Virus record (IMG/VR): IMGVR_UViG_3300035703_000106
Coordinates: 1 to 57,814 of that record
DNA length: 57,814 bases
Source: a virus
Lineage: Duplodnaviria; Caudoviricetes
Strand: one strand, 5' to 3'
The position numbers and the translations under genes are program-made. Of the stretch, positions 48,487 through 57,314 are shown piece by piece (position 1 is the stretch's first letter; every line of letters starts with the position of its first letter). The notes under the pieces are model-generated. The model was not told the DNA's origin. It did not search any database and saw nothing but the letters and a program-made list of their open reading frames with translations.

Positions 48487-49202
48487 TGTAAAATATCCTT
48501 TGTAGGTTTCCAACCGAGTTTGGTTAGATATTCAATATCAGCAACTGTGACTTTTCGTTCATTTGGGGTTGGATCATAACGAATCTCGCCTTCGAATCCG
48601 AACTTTTGAGCGAGTAATAGAACAGGTACAGTCAAACCAGTCCCGATGTCTACGACAGGATCTATCTTATTATAGTTCTTCATGATTGTAAATATAGCAG
48701 AACAAAGATCTTCTACGTGAATAAAATCTCTAAAATGTTCAGCGTTAATATACTTTACTCGACCTTGTTCAAGCATTCTGTAAAGCATATCTTCTCGACC
48801 AGGCCAGACAGTATGGAATCTCATACCAACAGATCGATTTAAAGCTTGGGCTTGTAATTCGTTCATCTTCTTAGTAGTTGCGTATGGGTTATTCCACCAT
48901 TCTTTTGCATTTGAAGAAGAAGCATATAGAAACTTACACTTAGTTCCATTCACAAAGTTAACAGCGCATTCCATCCCGCCTACGTTGTTATCATAATATT
49001 TTTCTGGATCTTCAATTGATTTCCTAACCCCTGCAAACGCAGCAAGATGAATCAAATAATCATGAACATCATACTTATTCCAATTAGATTGTTTACAAAC
49101 ATCGCCTTCAAAAGAAGTAACCAAATATCCTTTATCAATAAGATATGTCCTCAGATTGGATCCAATCATACCTTCTGCACCAGTTAAAAGTACTGTCTTC
49201 AT
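48483..49202 (-). CDS. NAD-dependent epimerase/dehydratase
   Basis: TGAEGMIG, HLAA, YATTK and RDFIHV motifs. Confidence 0.88.
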   Translation of the reverse strand: MKTVLLTGAEGMIGSNLRTYLIDKGYLVTSFEGDVCKQSNWNKYDVHDYLIHLAAFAGVRKSIEDPEKYYDNNVGGMECAVNFVNGTKCKFLYASSSNAKEWWNNPYATTKKMNELQAQALNRSVGMRFHTVWPGREDMLYRMLEQGRVKYINAEHFRDFIHVEDLCSAIFTIMKNYNKIDPVVDIGTGLTVPVLLLAQKFGFEGEIRYDPTPNERKVTVADIEYLTKLGWKPTKDILQ

Positions 49203-49798
49203 CCGAAAATCTCTCCAAGGTCAGAATCACTAGAAGAAACAGTTTCCCGTTTTTTACGTTCTTTTTTCTTCTCTTCTTTTACAATCGAATCAAAATAAGT
49301 ATCTTTTTCTTTCAATTGATCGATCTTACCTTTCAATTGGTCGACAAAAGCATGTGCAGCTGCAATCGATTCTTCATCCGCATTCGCGAGCGCGAACTCA
49401 TCGAATGGGCTTTGGGAGATAAATTTAATCTTAATGTCTTGCTGCTTCTTTTCCTTTGCGATCCTACGAAGGAAAGCATACCAGCAGATCTGGGTAAAGT
49501 AAGCAAATCCGTTTGGTAATCCAGAACGTGTTGCTGCTTCAATATCATAGTTGTGGATGGCTTTTAAGCAGTTCTCGACAGCATCCATTACCATTTCGTC
49601 ACGGTAAGTGTATCGAATGAAGTTCACCTTATGGGATAATCCTTCAGCAATCTTTAGGAAGGATATAGCAATGTAGTTGGTGACCTTTGGTATTTCTTTG
49701 CCAGCTGCTTCAGCTTCTTTTACTGACTTAATATATTCTACAAGGGCTTGGCTAAAGTCTCTATTATTTACATAGTGTGGTTTATCTTTTGGTTTCAT
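49199..49798 (-). CDS. gp55: Late-transcription sigma factor
   Basis: HYVNN, YTYRDEMVMDAVEN and FAYFTQI..AFLRRI motifs. Confidence 0.93.
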   Translation of the reverse strand: MKPKDKPHYVNNRDFSQALVEYIKSVKEAEAAGKEIPKVTNYIAISFLKIAEGLSHKVNFIRYTYRDEMVMDAVENCLKAIHNYDIEAATRSGLPNGFAYFTQICWYAFLRRIAKEKKQQDIKIKFISQSPFDEFALANADEESIAAAHAFVDQLKGKIDQLKEKDTYFDSIVKEEKKKERKKRETVSSSDSDLGEIFG

Positions 49799-49823
49799 TA
49801 TATACTCCTAGCATATCTTACTG

Positions 49824-49903
49824 ATTATAAATCAGAATCAAGGGTTTGTAAACAAAATATTTTTAATTTAGGGGATTTACAAATGTAAAAATATCGGTAT
49901 AAT
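49824..49903. promoter_or_regulatory. Back-to-back sigma70-type promoters
   Basis: Minus strand TTTACA-17-TATAAT toward gp55; plus strand GGGGATTTACA-16-TATAAT. Confidence 0.6.
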
Positions 49904-49932
49904 AAAAGAGTGCTTTTGAGGAGGATAGAATA

Positions 49933-50325
49933 CTAGTGCATCCTCGGGCGAAGAGAAACGATCTTATCTTTATCCGAGTCAGACATTTCTTCTAAAACCT
50001 CATCGAGAGGGGATTTAGGTATTTTTCTCATATTTTCTAAGTGGTTAATATATTGGGCTACAATAAAATCATGAGGATTAGCTATAGATGTAATATGATA
50101 AAAATTCAAACTAATCAGTTGATCAGTTCTTTCCTGATATAACATAAAAGGCCTGAAAGTATAATAACGAGTACTACTTTGCCAATCCTCGGCCGAAATA
50201 ATTAGAAAAGCGTTTCGAATAATAACAGATTCAGGCGAATCTTCTGATTGGAAATCGGGCCAATCGATTACTTCACATATTAGCTCTTCCCCACCTTGAA
50301 GGCGCATCTGTTTATATTCTTTCAT
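49933..50325 (-). CDS. Conserved hypothetical protein (Sm-like N-terminus)
   Basis: RLQGGEELICEV motif; coupled to uvsW. Confidence 0.65.
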   Translation of the reverse strand: MKEYKQMRLQGGEELICEVIDWPDFQSEDSPESVIIRNAFLIISAEDWQSSTRYYTFRPFMLYQERTDQLISLNFYHITSIANPHDFIVAQYINHLENMRKIPKSPLDEVLEEMSDSDKDKIVSLRPRMH

Positions 50326-51824
50326 TTCAGGTCCACTTCATAAATTTTATATTCGAACTCTTGCTTTATATACATCTTCACTCTTTCCAGTGAGTGTTCT
50401 AAGGTGTAGTTCTTCCGACCTTTCCAATGTAGATCATCAGCAATATCATAAAGACGTGCAATTGATCCATCATCAGACTTTCTTAATCCTCTTCCGATGG
50501 ATTGTAACACCCTAATCTGGGATTTACTCGGGGAAGCAAAAATGATGTTGTGAAGGTTACGGATATTAATACCAGTAGAGAAAGTACCAAGTGACGCCAC
50601 GATAATCGCATTTTTCTGGGTCTCTACAATCTTACGGATAGCTTCACGATCGCTTGTGTCCGTATCGCCTGATACGAAAAACACTTTTCGATTCTCATGA
50701 GCTTTATCCTTGATTAGGTCGTACAGCGGCTTGCCGTGTTTGTCGACGAAGTTGAATAGTACTAAGGTATTTCCATTCAAGTCCAAAGCAAGATTGCTAA
50801 TAAGCTTATTACGAGAATCATTTCGAACAATGTAGTCCAGTTCGGATTGGTAATCTTGTTTTCCCCAGTTTTTACGAACTTCTTCAGGATGTTTTAGTAA
50901 TAGGATTGTAATATTTAACTTTGATAATGTGTCTTCATCCTGAAGCTTTTTTGTCGTGGTTACATTATATATCTTTCCAAAAAGTCCTTGAAGTACGAGC
51001 TCGTGTGTCTGCGAACCGTCTAGCGTACCAGTAGTACCCCATCTGTATTCCGCTTCTTTACACTTGTCCATGATTGTAGTCAGAGACTTAGATTTGAACC
51101 CGTGACATTCATCACCAACGACAGCACCAAATTGTTCAAACCACTTCGGCGGTAACTTATAGATCGACTGCCAAGTTGAAATAACGATATCTTTGTCGGT
51201 ATCTTTATCTCGTCCAGAATAAATCCTGTGGGCACAGTCTTCGACCGGCATACCGTAATCGGCGAAGTCGTTGTACATCTGTTCAACCAACGATGTTGTT
51301 GGTACAATAATAAGGACTTTCCGACCTTTCTGCCGTAAACTACAAAGGTATCTTTGGACCAGGGTATAGATAATAAGTGATTTTCCAGATCCTGTAGGGG
51401 ATATGAGTACTGCCCTTTTTCTATGAAGTCCTTCGCATACTGCATCGAACTGATAGTCTCTGATATCAATTGGCTTACCCCTTGATTGTAATTCTAGTCC
51501 ATCGATAAATGATTTTATATCTTCAGGATTAATATCGATGTATGCATCCGGTCTTCCATAAAAGTTATTATGCTCTACCTCAATTTTATAATTTCTAGGC
51601 TTTGCAAACTCTGCAAGGAATGGATATAGACCTACAGGTAATTCCATTGTATTAAGATTAAAGAGCCGGATCTTTCCGTCCCAGACACGATTCTTATAAA
51701 GTGGCATAAACTTATAACCAGGAACAAAGAACGAAAAGAACTCAGTCAGTTCATTCGCTATTCCAAAGTCACACCCAATGTGCATTACAGAATGGTTTTT
51801 ATTTTTTACTTTAATGATATCCAT
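50322..51824 (-). CDS. uvsW: SF2 DNA helicase
   Basis: SPTGSGKS, DECH and QSIGRGLR motifs. Confidence 0.95.
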   Translation of the reverse strand: MDIIKVKNKNHSVMHIGCDFGIANELTEFFSFFVPGYKFMPLYKNRVWDGKIRLFNLNTMELPVGLYPFLAEFAKPRNYKIEVEHNNFYGRPDAYIDINPEDIKSFIDGLELQSRGKPIDIRDYQFDAVCEGLHRKRAVLISPTGSGKSLIIYTLVQRYLCSLRQKGRKVLIIVPTTSLVEQMYNDFADYGMPVEDCAHRIYSGRDKDTDKDIVISTWQSIYKLPPKWFEQFGAVVGDECHGFKSKSLTTIMDKCKEAEYRWGTTGTLDGSQTHELVLQGLFGKIYNVTTTKKLQDEDTLSKLNITILLLKHPEEVRKNWGKQDYQSELDYIVRNDSRNKLISNLALDLNGNTLVLFNFVDKHGKPLYDLIKDKAHENRKVFFVSGDTDTSDREAIRKIVETQKNAIIVASLGTFSTGINIRNLHNIIFASPSKSQIRVLQSIGRGLRKSDDGSIARLYDIADDLHWKGRKNYTLEHSLERVKMYIKQEFEYKIYEVDLK

Positions 51825-51867
51825 GAAAATATATATACTATAAATAAAATGAAAAAGGAATAAGAAA

Positions 51868-52209
51868 ATGCCATTTATTGTTACTGAACAACTAACACCG
51901 CAAAATCCTAGTGTAATTCTTAATTCTTTAGAAGAAGCAAAAGACTTTTTAATATATGAAGGTATGACTATAGAAGAAAATATATCAATACTAGATAATT
52001 TTAATGATCCTTTCTGGGCAGCTAATAGAGAATCTTTAATTGAAACAATGACTAATATAGATTTTCAATGGGATCAGGATATGCAGACCTTAACTAGAAC
52101 ACTTGTATTTTCTTCTGAAAGTGCCTATGTTAATCTTAGAAGAATCCTTAATAGAACAATGCCTGCTATGGAAAGGGATATTTCTGTACTTAATACAGAT
52201 GTTATTTAA
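51868..52209 (+). CDS. Hypothetical late protein on the opposite strand
   Basis: 113 aa; TATAAATA at 51839-51846 and AAGGA RBS. Confidence 0.7.
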   Translation: MPFIVTEQLTPQNPSVILNSLEEAKDFLIYEGMTIEENISILDNFNDPFWAANRESLIETMTNIDFQWDQDMQTLTRTLVFSSESAYVNLRRILNRTMPAMERDISVLNTDVI

Positions 52210-52649
52210 GCCCCAGCTTCAAACATCTTCCACTTAATCATGTTACCGATTGTTTGATGACGCCATTTGATATTATCTATGATTTCTATTAAGGTCTCCA
52301 CGATGACCTTCCATTCGTCGATTCGCTCTTGTGATTTACGAATATCAGTATCGGCATCATAGTAATAGTCCATTTCACCTTTCAGAACACGTAGACCTTC
52401 GAACGGATCGAATACCCAGCCTCGGGATTCGATCTGTTCTTTTGTCATCTTACCGTTATAATAAAGCCACTTGTCTTTCAACAGAACTTTCTGTTCTGCT
52501 TCATAGCGCTTCAATGTAAGTTTAGCTTCTGCTAGCAAAGGTAAGTACTTTGCATGCAACATAGGACTTTGTCGGGATGCTTCATCCAATGATCCTACGA
52601 TCTTAGAATCTTTTTCCCACATCTCAAGAATTTTTTCAAGGTAGTTCAT
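52206..52649 (-). CDS. uvsY: Recombination mediator
   Basis: WEKDSKI, LHAKY, WLYYNGK and IKWKMFEAG motifs. Confidence 0.88.
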   Translation of the reverse strand: MNYLEKILEMWEKDSKIVGSLDEASRQSPMLHAKYLPLLAEAKLTLKRYEAEQKVLLKDKWLYYNGKMTKEQIESRGWVFDPFEGLRVLKGEMDYYYDADTDIRKSQERIDEWKVIVETLIEIIDNIKWRHQTIGNMIKWKMFEAGA

Positions 52650-52702
52650 ACTATTCTCCGGTTAATTCAAAGCATTATATAATTTTTAAAGGTAAATGTA
52701 AA

Positions 52703-53209
52703 TCAAGAAAACTCGAAAGAGTCATATCTGAAAGTGATGGGAAAAGAGATAGACTCGACAGATGTAGTGGATGATGCGAACTCTATAGTACCTATATCAG
52801 TTGGAAAGGCGTTCTTATACTGGATTGTTCTAACCTTTATATTTGAACTGTTCAAGATTATAACTGAGATATCATACATCGATGTATCTTCTAGACCAGC
52901 TCTAAGATGCTGAGGTTTCTGGTTCTCCTGAACCAATCCACTCATCCAATCATATATCTCATTATATACGTACATAGATTCATCCATGATTGCATTAATG
53001 CTAAGTTCACCGAAGACCAGTTTATCACCTGGTTGATACGTGTCAGATCTTCTGAAAGCAGTCATAGCAGGTGATAGACTAACGGAAGGATGAGAAACAC
53101 CATTCGCAAAAAACTCTAAGTTGCCAAATCTTTTTCTGTTGATGATAATCTTAAAGCCAGTAGGCTGAAGATAGTTTGGGTTTTGGAGAGTCGTAGTTGT
53201 AGTAGCCAT
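52703..53209 (-). CDS. gp3: Tail tube terminator / tail completion protein
   Basis: NYLQPTGF, PGDKL and AFPTDIG motifs; late promoter TATAAATA at 53241-53234. Confidence 0.8.
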   Translation of the reverse strand: MATTTTTLQNPNYLQPTGFKIIINRKRFGNLEFFANGVSHPSVSLSPAMTAFRRSDTYQPGDKLVFGELSINAIMDESMYVYNEIYDWMSGLVQENQKPQHLRAGLEDTSMYDISVIILNSSNIKVRTIQYKNAFPTDIGTIEFASSTTSVESISFPITFRYDSFEFS

Positions 53210-53267
53210 AACGGATCCTCTGTTGGTTATCTGTATTTATATGAAAAAAGTTTGGAAAAAACTCACA

Positions 53268-53326
53268 AAGGGGGTTTACATTTCAAACCAAAAGCCTTAT
53301 ATTACTACTATCAACAAGGAGATACC
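53268..53326 (+). promoter_or_regulatory. Repeated early promoter/RBS cassette, copy 2
   Basis: 58/59 identical, inverted, to 12744-12802. Confidence 0.85.
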
Positions 53327-53330
53327 GATC

Positions 53331-53549
53331 ATGATGACCTTCGAACAAACCGGCAACACCTTCACTTCTACCAACTCGATCAAGCCGGTTATCATCAACA
53401 AGAACCATGCTAACCAGTACATGCTCTTTACTCCCGAAGGTCGTCTGCTCGATAACTTCACCTCCGCTGGTCCTTTCGTAGACTTTGAATCGGCTAAGCG
53501 TAACGCAGAATGCAACGTTGGTATGGCAATGAACTGGAGTGACTTCTAA
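53331..53549 (+). CDS. Small early hypothetical protein
   Basis: Start placed after the AAGGAG RBS (MMTFEQ...). Confidence 0.7.
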   Translation: MMTFEQTGNTFTSTNSIKPVIINKNHANQYMLFTPEGRLLDNFTSAGPFVDFESAKRNAECNVGMAMNWSDF

Positions 53550-53638
53550 TGACTGCTGCAATCATCCCTGTTGTCTTTTTGGTTGTAATCGTGTTTGGTG
53601 GTGCTATCATCGAAACCTTCCTTGAGGAGAAGAACTAA
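53549..53638 (+). CDS. 29-aa membrane peptide
   Basis: MTAAIIPVVFLVVIVFGGAIIETFLEEKN; TAATG-coupled on both sides. Confidence 0.6.
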   Translation: MTAAIIPVVFLVVIVFGGAIIETFLEEKN

Positions 53639-53820
53639 TGGTTAATGTCTATCCAATCACTGGCAAAGTGTGGTACCGCGAAAGCACAGATGAATGGGTG
53701 CTGGAGCTTGAAGGTTCTATCAACGATACACACTTCATTAGTCGACACGCCGAACCTGGTAACACTGCTCCAGAAGATGTTGCAGGACTACCTTCGCTGT
53801 ATAAAGAGGAAACAAACTAA
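53638..53820 (+). CDS. Small hypothetical protein
   Basis: 60 aa; GAGGAG RBS. Confidence 0.65.
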   Translation: MVNVYPITGKVWYRESTDEWVLELEGSINDTHFISRHAEPGNTAPEDVAGLPSLYKEETN

Positions 53821-53996
53821 TGACTTTTAGCGAATACTTCAACAACATCATCAAGTTCATTGTACTTGTTGTTACTGTGATTATATTAGACCATCCTGAA
53901 AAGATTGGGCAATGGAAAGCTGAAATGGATATCGGCTACGATTCTGTCTGGGCTGAGTATGTCTACGACTGTGACTGCACAGAGGCTTTGGAATAA
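53820..53996 (+). CDS. 58-aa membrane protein
   Basis: MTFSEYFNNIIKFIVLVVTVIIL...; GAGG RBS; TAATG overlap. Confidence 0.6.
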   Translation: MTFSEYFNNIIKFIVLVVTVIILDHPEKIGQWKAEMDIGYDSVWAEYVYDCDCTEALE

Positions 53997-54058
53997 AAAA
54001 GGGCAGCCGAAGCTGCCCAGTTGGAGTTGGGAGAGGTTTAACCCTCTCCCTTTTTTTA
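53995..54058. terminator. Paired terminators between the convergent island and gp23
   Basis: A6-GGGCAGC/GCTGCCC (minus strand) and GGGAGAGG/CCTCTCCC-T-run (plus strand). Confidence 0.8.
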
Positions 54059-54064
54059 TGCAAA

Positions 54065-55414
54065 TTAGCCGAGGATATTATCAACTCTGAAAATTCTATA
54101 ATACTGGTTGGTTTTTGCGGTTGCAAGACCATCAGCAGGAGCTGAACCAACGAATGGGTTTGAAGCCATACCGTAGCGGGTCTTGAAGCCGATCTTAGGC
54201 TGGAATGATTCTTCCGCAACAGCACGTACCATGGTTAGTGGAACGTATGGGCAGTAGAACACGCCTGCGTCGTATGGGTTTGTACCCTTGTAGCCAACGT
54301 TGATATAATCACCGGTTGCATATGGGTCGATGTAGATACGCATACGGCCGTTCATAACACCAGCGAAGGTGTTGCCGGTATCGTCTACGTTTAGATTGGT
54401 TGACATAGCTGGTGAATAGTCAAGCATGCCTGAAGCTGCAAGAGCTGACGCAACGTCTGAAGAAACGATTGCGAAGTTACCCTTACCACGACGGGTTTCT
54501 TTTGCGATGGTATTTGCTTCACGCTCGAGCTGAAGAATAAGACCTTTGATCTTTTCTACTGACCAACGGCCATCAGCATCGGTTGAAAGGTTGAAGATAC
54601 CACGGATAGCAACGTTTGAAGTAAGCGCACCGGTCTTAGCTTGGCTGTTGATGGTACGGATAACTTCACGGTTGATTTCTGCAAGAATCTCGGTTGACAG
54701 AATGTTTGCAAGCTCTGTCTCTGCGTCAAGACCGTGGATAGCCTTAAGGTCCTGTGCAAGTTCTAGAGTGTATTCTGCTTTCAGAGCGCGTGACTTTGCA
54801 GTAACGGTTGCTTTTTCAATGGTGAATCCCATTTCAGCGAAGCCTTCGCCAGCGCCATCACCCAGAGCTTCTGCTTCTGCGGTTGAGTAGTTGTCGCCAA
54901 GGTAAGGACCGGTACGTGAGTCGTCGATGCTGCTGTCGGTAGTACGAAGACCGGTTGAAGAGTCGTCGCTTAGACCAACAAGACCTGAAGAGCCTGAAGA
55001 GCCGTTACCGGTGGTTGAAGAGTCGCCTGAGAAGCCAACAGCTGCTTCGTTGAAGAGAGCTTCGTCGCCAGATACTACGCCAGCTTTGGTTTTTCTGTAG
55101 CGTGACTTCATAGCGAAGATAAGGCCGGTAGGACCGGTCATTGGCTGAACACCAGCAACGTCATAAGCCATCATGTTAGGCATTGCACGACGTACAAGTG
55201 AGATAAGAACTGGGTTCCAGTTAGCAGCAACTGAAGTGTTGTTTACTGGTGCAGCTTCGTTCAGGTAGTTCTGCTGAGCAGCTTGCTGAGCAAATTCTCT
55301 CTCCTGGTTTTCAAGCATAACAGCAGTAACTGCACGACGGTGTGCGTCCTTAATGCTGTGTCCTTCGTTGAGCACTGGTGCCCATTTTTCTGTTAAACGA
55401 TCATAAGATTCCAT
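54065..55414 (-). CDS. gp23: Major capsid protein
   Basis: GVQPMTGPTGLIFAM, KSRALKAEYTLELAQDLKAIHG and FQPKIGFKTRYG. Confidence 0.98.
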   Translation of the reverse strand: MESYDRLTEKWAPVLNEGHSIKDAHRRAVTAVMLENQEREFAQQAAQQNYLNEAAPVNNTSVAANWNPVLISLVRRAMPNMMAYDVAGVQPMTGPTGLIFAMKSRYRKTKAGVVSGDEALFNEAAVGFSGDSSTTGNGSSGSSGLVGLSDDSSTGLRTTDSSIDDSRTGPYLGDNYSTAEAEALGDGAGEGFAEMGFTIEKATVTAKSRALKAEYTLELAQDLKAIHGLDAETELANILSTEILAEINREVIRTINSQAKTGALTSNVAIRGIFNLSTDADGRWSVEKIKGLILQLEREANTIAKETRRGKGNFAIVSSDVASALAASGMLDYSPAMSTNLNVDDTGNTFAGVMNGRMRIYIDPYATGDYINVGYKGTNPYDAGVFYCPYVPLTMVRAVAEESFQPKIGFKTRYGMASNPFVGSAPADGLATAKTNQYYRIFRVDNILG

Positions 55415-55431
55415 CTTCTGATTCTCCTAAA

Positions 55432-56370
55432 TTACTTATTGGTTTTTCTAAGGGCGTTAATGTAGGCAGCCATGTTACCTGATAGCTGAACTTCTTCAGA
55501 CTCGGTTTCATCAACTGATTCTACAAGTGATGGTGAAGTTTTAGTAGCTTTTTTGAAGTAAGCTTCTTTAATAGTCTTAACTTTGTCAGCGAATACTTCT
55601 TCGCTTTCGAAATCAAGATCTTCAGATAGCTTAACAAGCTTTTCAACTTCGGTTTCTGCAAGACCACGAGCTGCTTCACGGATAACTTCGTAACGCTTAT
55701 AACTTTCTAGCTCTTCTTTCATTGCGATCATTGCTTCGGTCTGTTCGTTCAGAGAAGCTTCAAGAGCTTCGTTCTGTTCTGCCAGATCATCAACTAGGTC
55801 AACTTTGGAATCTGGAACAGCAATATATGACTCTACGAATAGGGCCTGTAGCTTGTCCATGAACTCTTCTGCGATTTCAGAACGGAGACCGTTATGAATT
55901 GCAACTTCGTTCTCTTTCATCCAATTTTCAACTACGTAGTTCAGGTATCCATCAACCTTCTCAACCATATCGGCTTTGAATGAATCGACTTCTTCCTGAA
56001 GTGAGACTTCGTAATTTTCTTCGAGACGTGCAATCTCTTCGGTTAGCTTTGATTTGATCGCAGCTTCGAAAATGATTGCGGCTTTACCCTTGAATCCTTC
56101 GGATAGGGTAGCTTCTTCAGAGATTAGAGCTTCTAAATCATCTGAGAAGTCATAGTCTTCTGATTGCTTCTCTGGATCGCCAGTAACTCTTTTACCCATA
56201 GGTTCAGAATTACTTTTGTCACCCTTGCGCTTAGTTGCAGTTTTACCAGCAGCAGATGCGCTTTTTACGGAAGCAATAGACTGTTCTTCGGCATTGTTAG
56301 GATCGTGAGCTTCAACAACATTCTCGTCATCATCGAGCTCAGCATCCTGTCTTTTAAATTGATCAGTCAT
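55432..56370 (-). CDS. gp22: Prohead core scaffold protein
   Basis: KAAIIFEAA and YLNYVVENWM..N motifs; position between gp21 and gp23. Confidence 0.92.
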   Translation of the reverse strand: MTDQFKRQDAELDDDENVVEAHDPNNAEEQSIASVKSASAAGKTATKRKGDKSNSEPMGKRVTGDPEKQSEDYDFSDDLEALISEEATLSEGFKGKAAIIFEAAIKSKLTEEIARLEENYEVSLQEEVDSFKADMVEKVDGYLNYVVENWMKENEVAIHNGLRSEIAEEFMDKLQALFVESYIAVPDSKVDLVDDLAEQNEALEASLNEQTEAMIAMKEELESYKRYEVIREAARGLAETEVEKLVKLSEDLDFESEEVFADKVKTIKEAYFKKATKTSPSLVESVDETESEEVQLSGNMAAYINALRKTNK

Positions 56371-56379
56371 GTGACTCTC

Positions 56380-57036
56380 CTATTTGTTTTTCAGTAACGA
56401 GAGGAAATTCTTGAACTCGCGTGTTTGTGCCTCATAAAGGTCCGCTCTCGGAGTTTTTCTAATTTCAGTCTCAATTCTTTCAATTTCTCGAGCTTCGATA
56501 ATACCATTATTCCATACCCATTCTACACCTTCCATAATTCCATTAACGAAAGCTTGAGGTGCGGATGGATCTTGGACGATGTCGACGGTATTCAACATGA
56601 AATCGTCTTTGACATACATAACGCCATTTCTCTGTTCGAGACTTCCCATACCACGAGTTGAAACACCCAGTTGAACACCACCCTCTAGTAAACCTTGAAC
56701 TATTTTACCCATTGGAGTATTCAGTATGCGTGCTTTACCCATCACATTATTACCTTCCATACGAAGATCGGTAATGAGATGGGATACCTTATCAAGATTC
56801 ACAGTTGGACCATCTGGATGGTTTAATTCCCCAACTGCTCTTCCAGTTTTAACTTGCGAATCAACATATCTATTCACCGCATTTTCCATTACGGCTTTTG
56901 GGTAGATACGTCCATTTCTATTCTTGCCTTCGGCCTGAGCAAAGATACCTTCGATAACGAAGTTCTTGTCTCCGTTCTCTTTTTTCTCGACGATGCACTG
57001 AACATCATTCTCGGTATATTCTGTGATCAGCTTCAT
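56380..57036 (-). CDS. gp21: Prohead protease
   Basis: NRNGRIYP, GELNHP, GVSTRGMGS and DIVQDPSAP motifs. Confidence 0.96.
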   Translation of the reverse strand: MKLITEYTENDVQCIVEKKENGDKNFVIEGIFAQAEGKNRNGRIYPKAVMENAVNRYVDSQVKTGRAVGELNHPDGPTVNLDKVSHLITDLRMEGNNVMGKARILNTPMGKIVQGLLEGGVQLGVSTRGMGSLEQRNGVMYVKDDFMLNTVDIVQDPSAPQAFVNGIMEGVEWVWNNGIIEAREIERIETEIRKTPRADLYEAQTREFKNFLSLLKNK

Positions 57037-57251
57037 TATTTGCCCCCGGCCATTTTTATAAACTGAGTTGCGGCTTTCTTCGCATCTTCAGGAGAATTAT
57101 AGGAATCTAATTTCTCCGAATCGATATAAGCCACATACTTATTCTTATCTTTGTGAATCATGACATTATGCTTATCTATTTTGCCATCAAAAACATGCTG
57201 ACCTGCAGGCATGTTCTTTTTAGCTTCGCGTATCTGAGCAAAAGTCTTCAT
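57036..57251 (-). CDS. Small prohead core protein (gp68-like position)
   Basis: MKTFAQIRE start; late promoter TATAAATA at 57290-57283. Confidence 0.65.
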   Translation of the reverse strand: MKTFAQIREAKKNMPAGQHVFDGKIDKHNVMIHKDKNKYVAYIDSEKLDSYNSPEDAKKAATQFIKMAGGK

Positions 57252-57314
57252 TTTAATACACTCAATAATTTAAATTCTATTTTATTTATATAAATTAACT
57301 TTTTTAAATATTAG

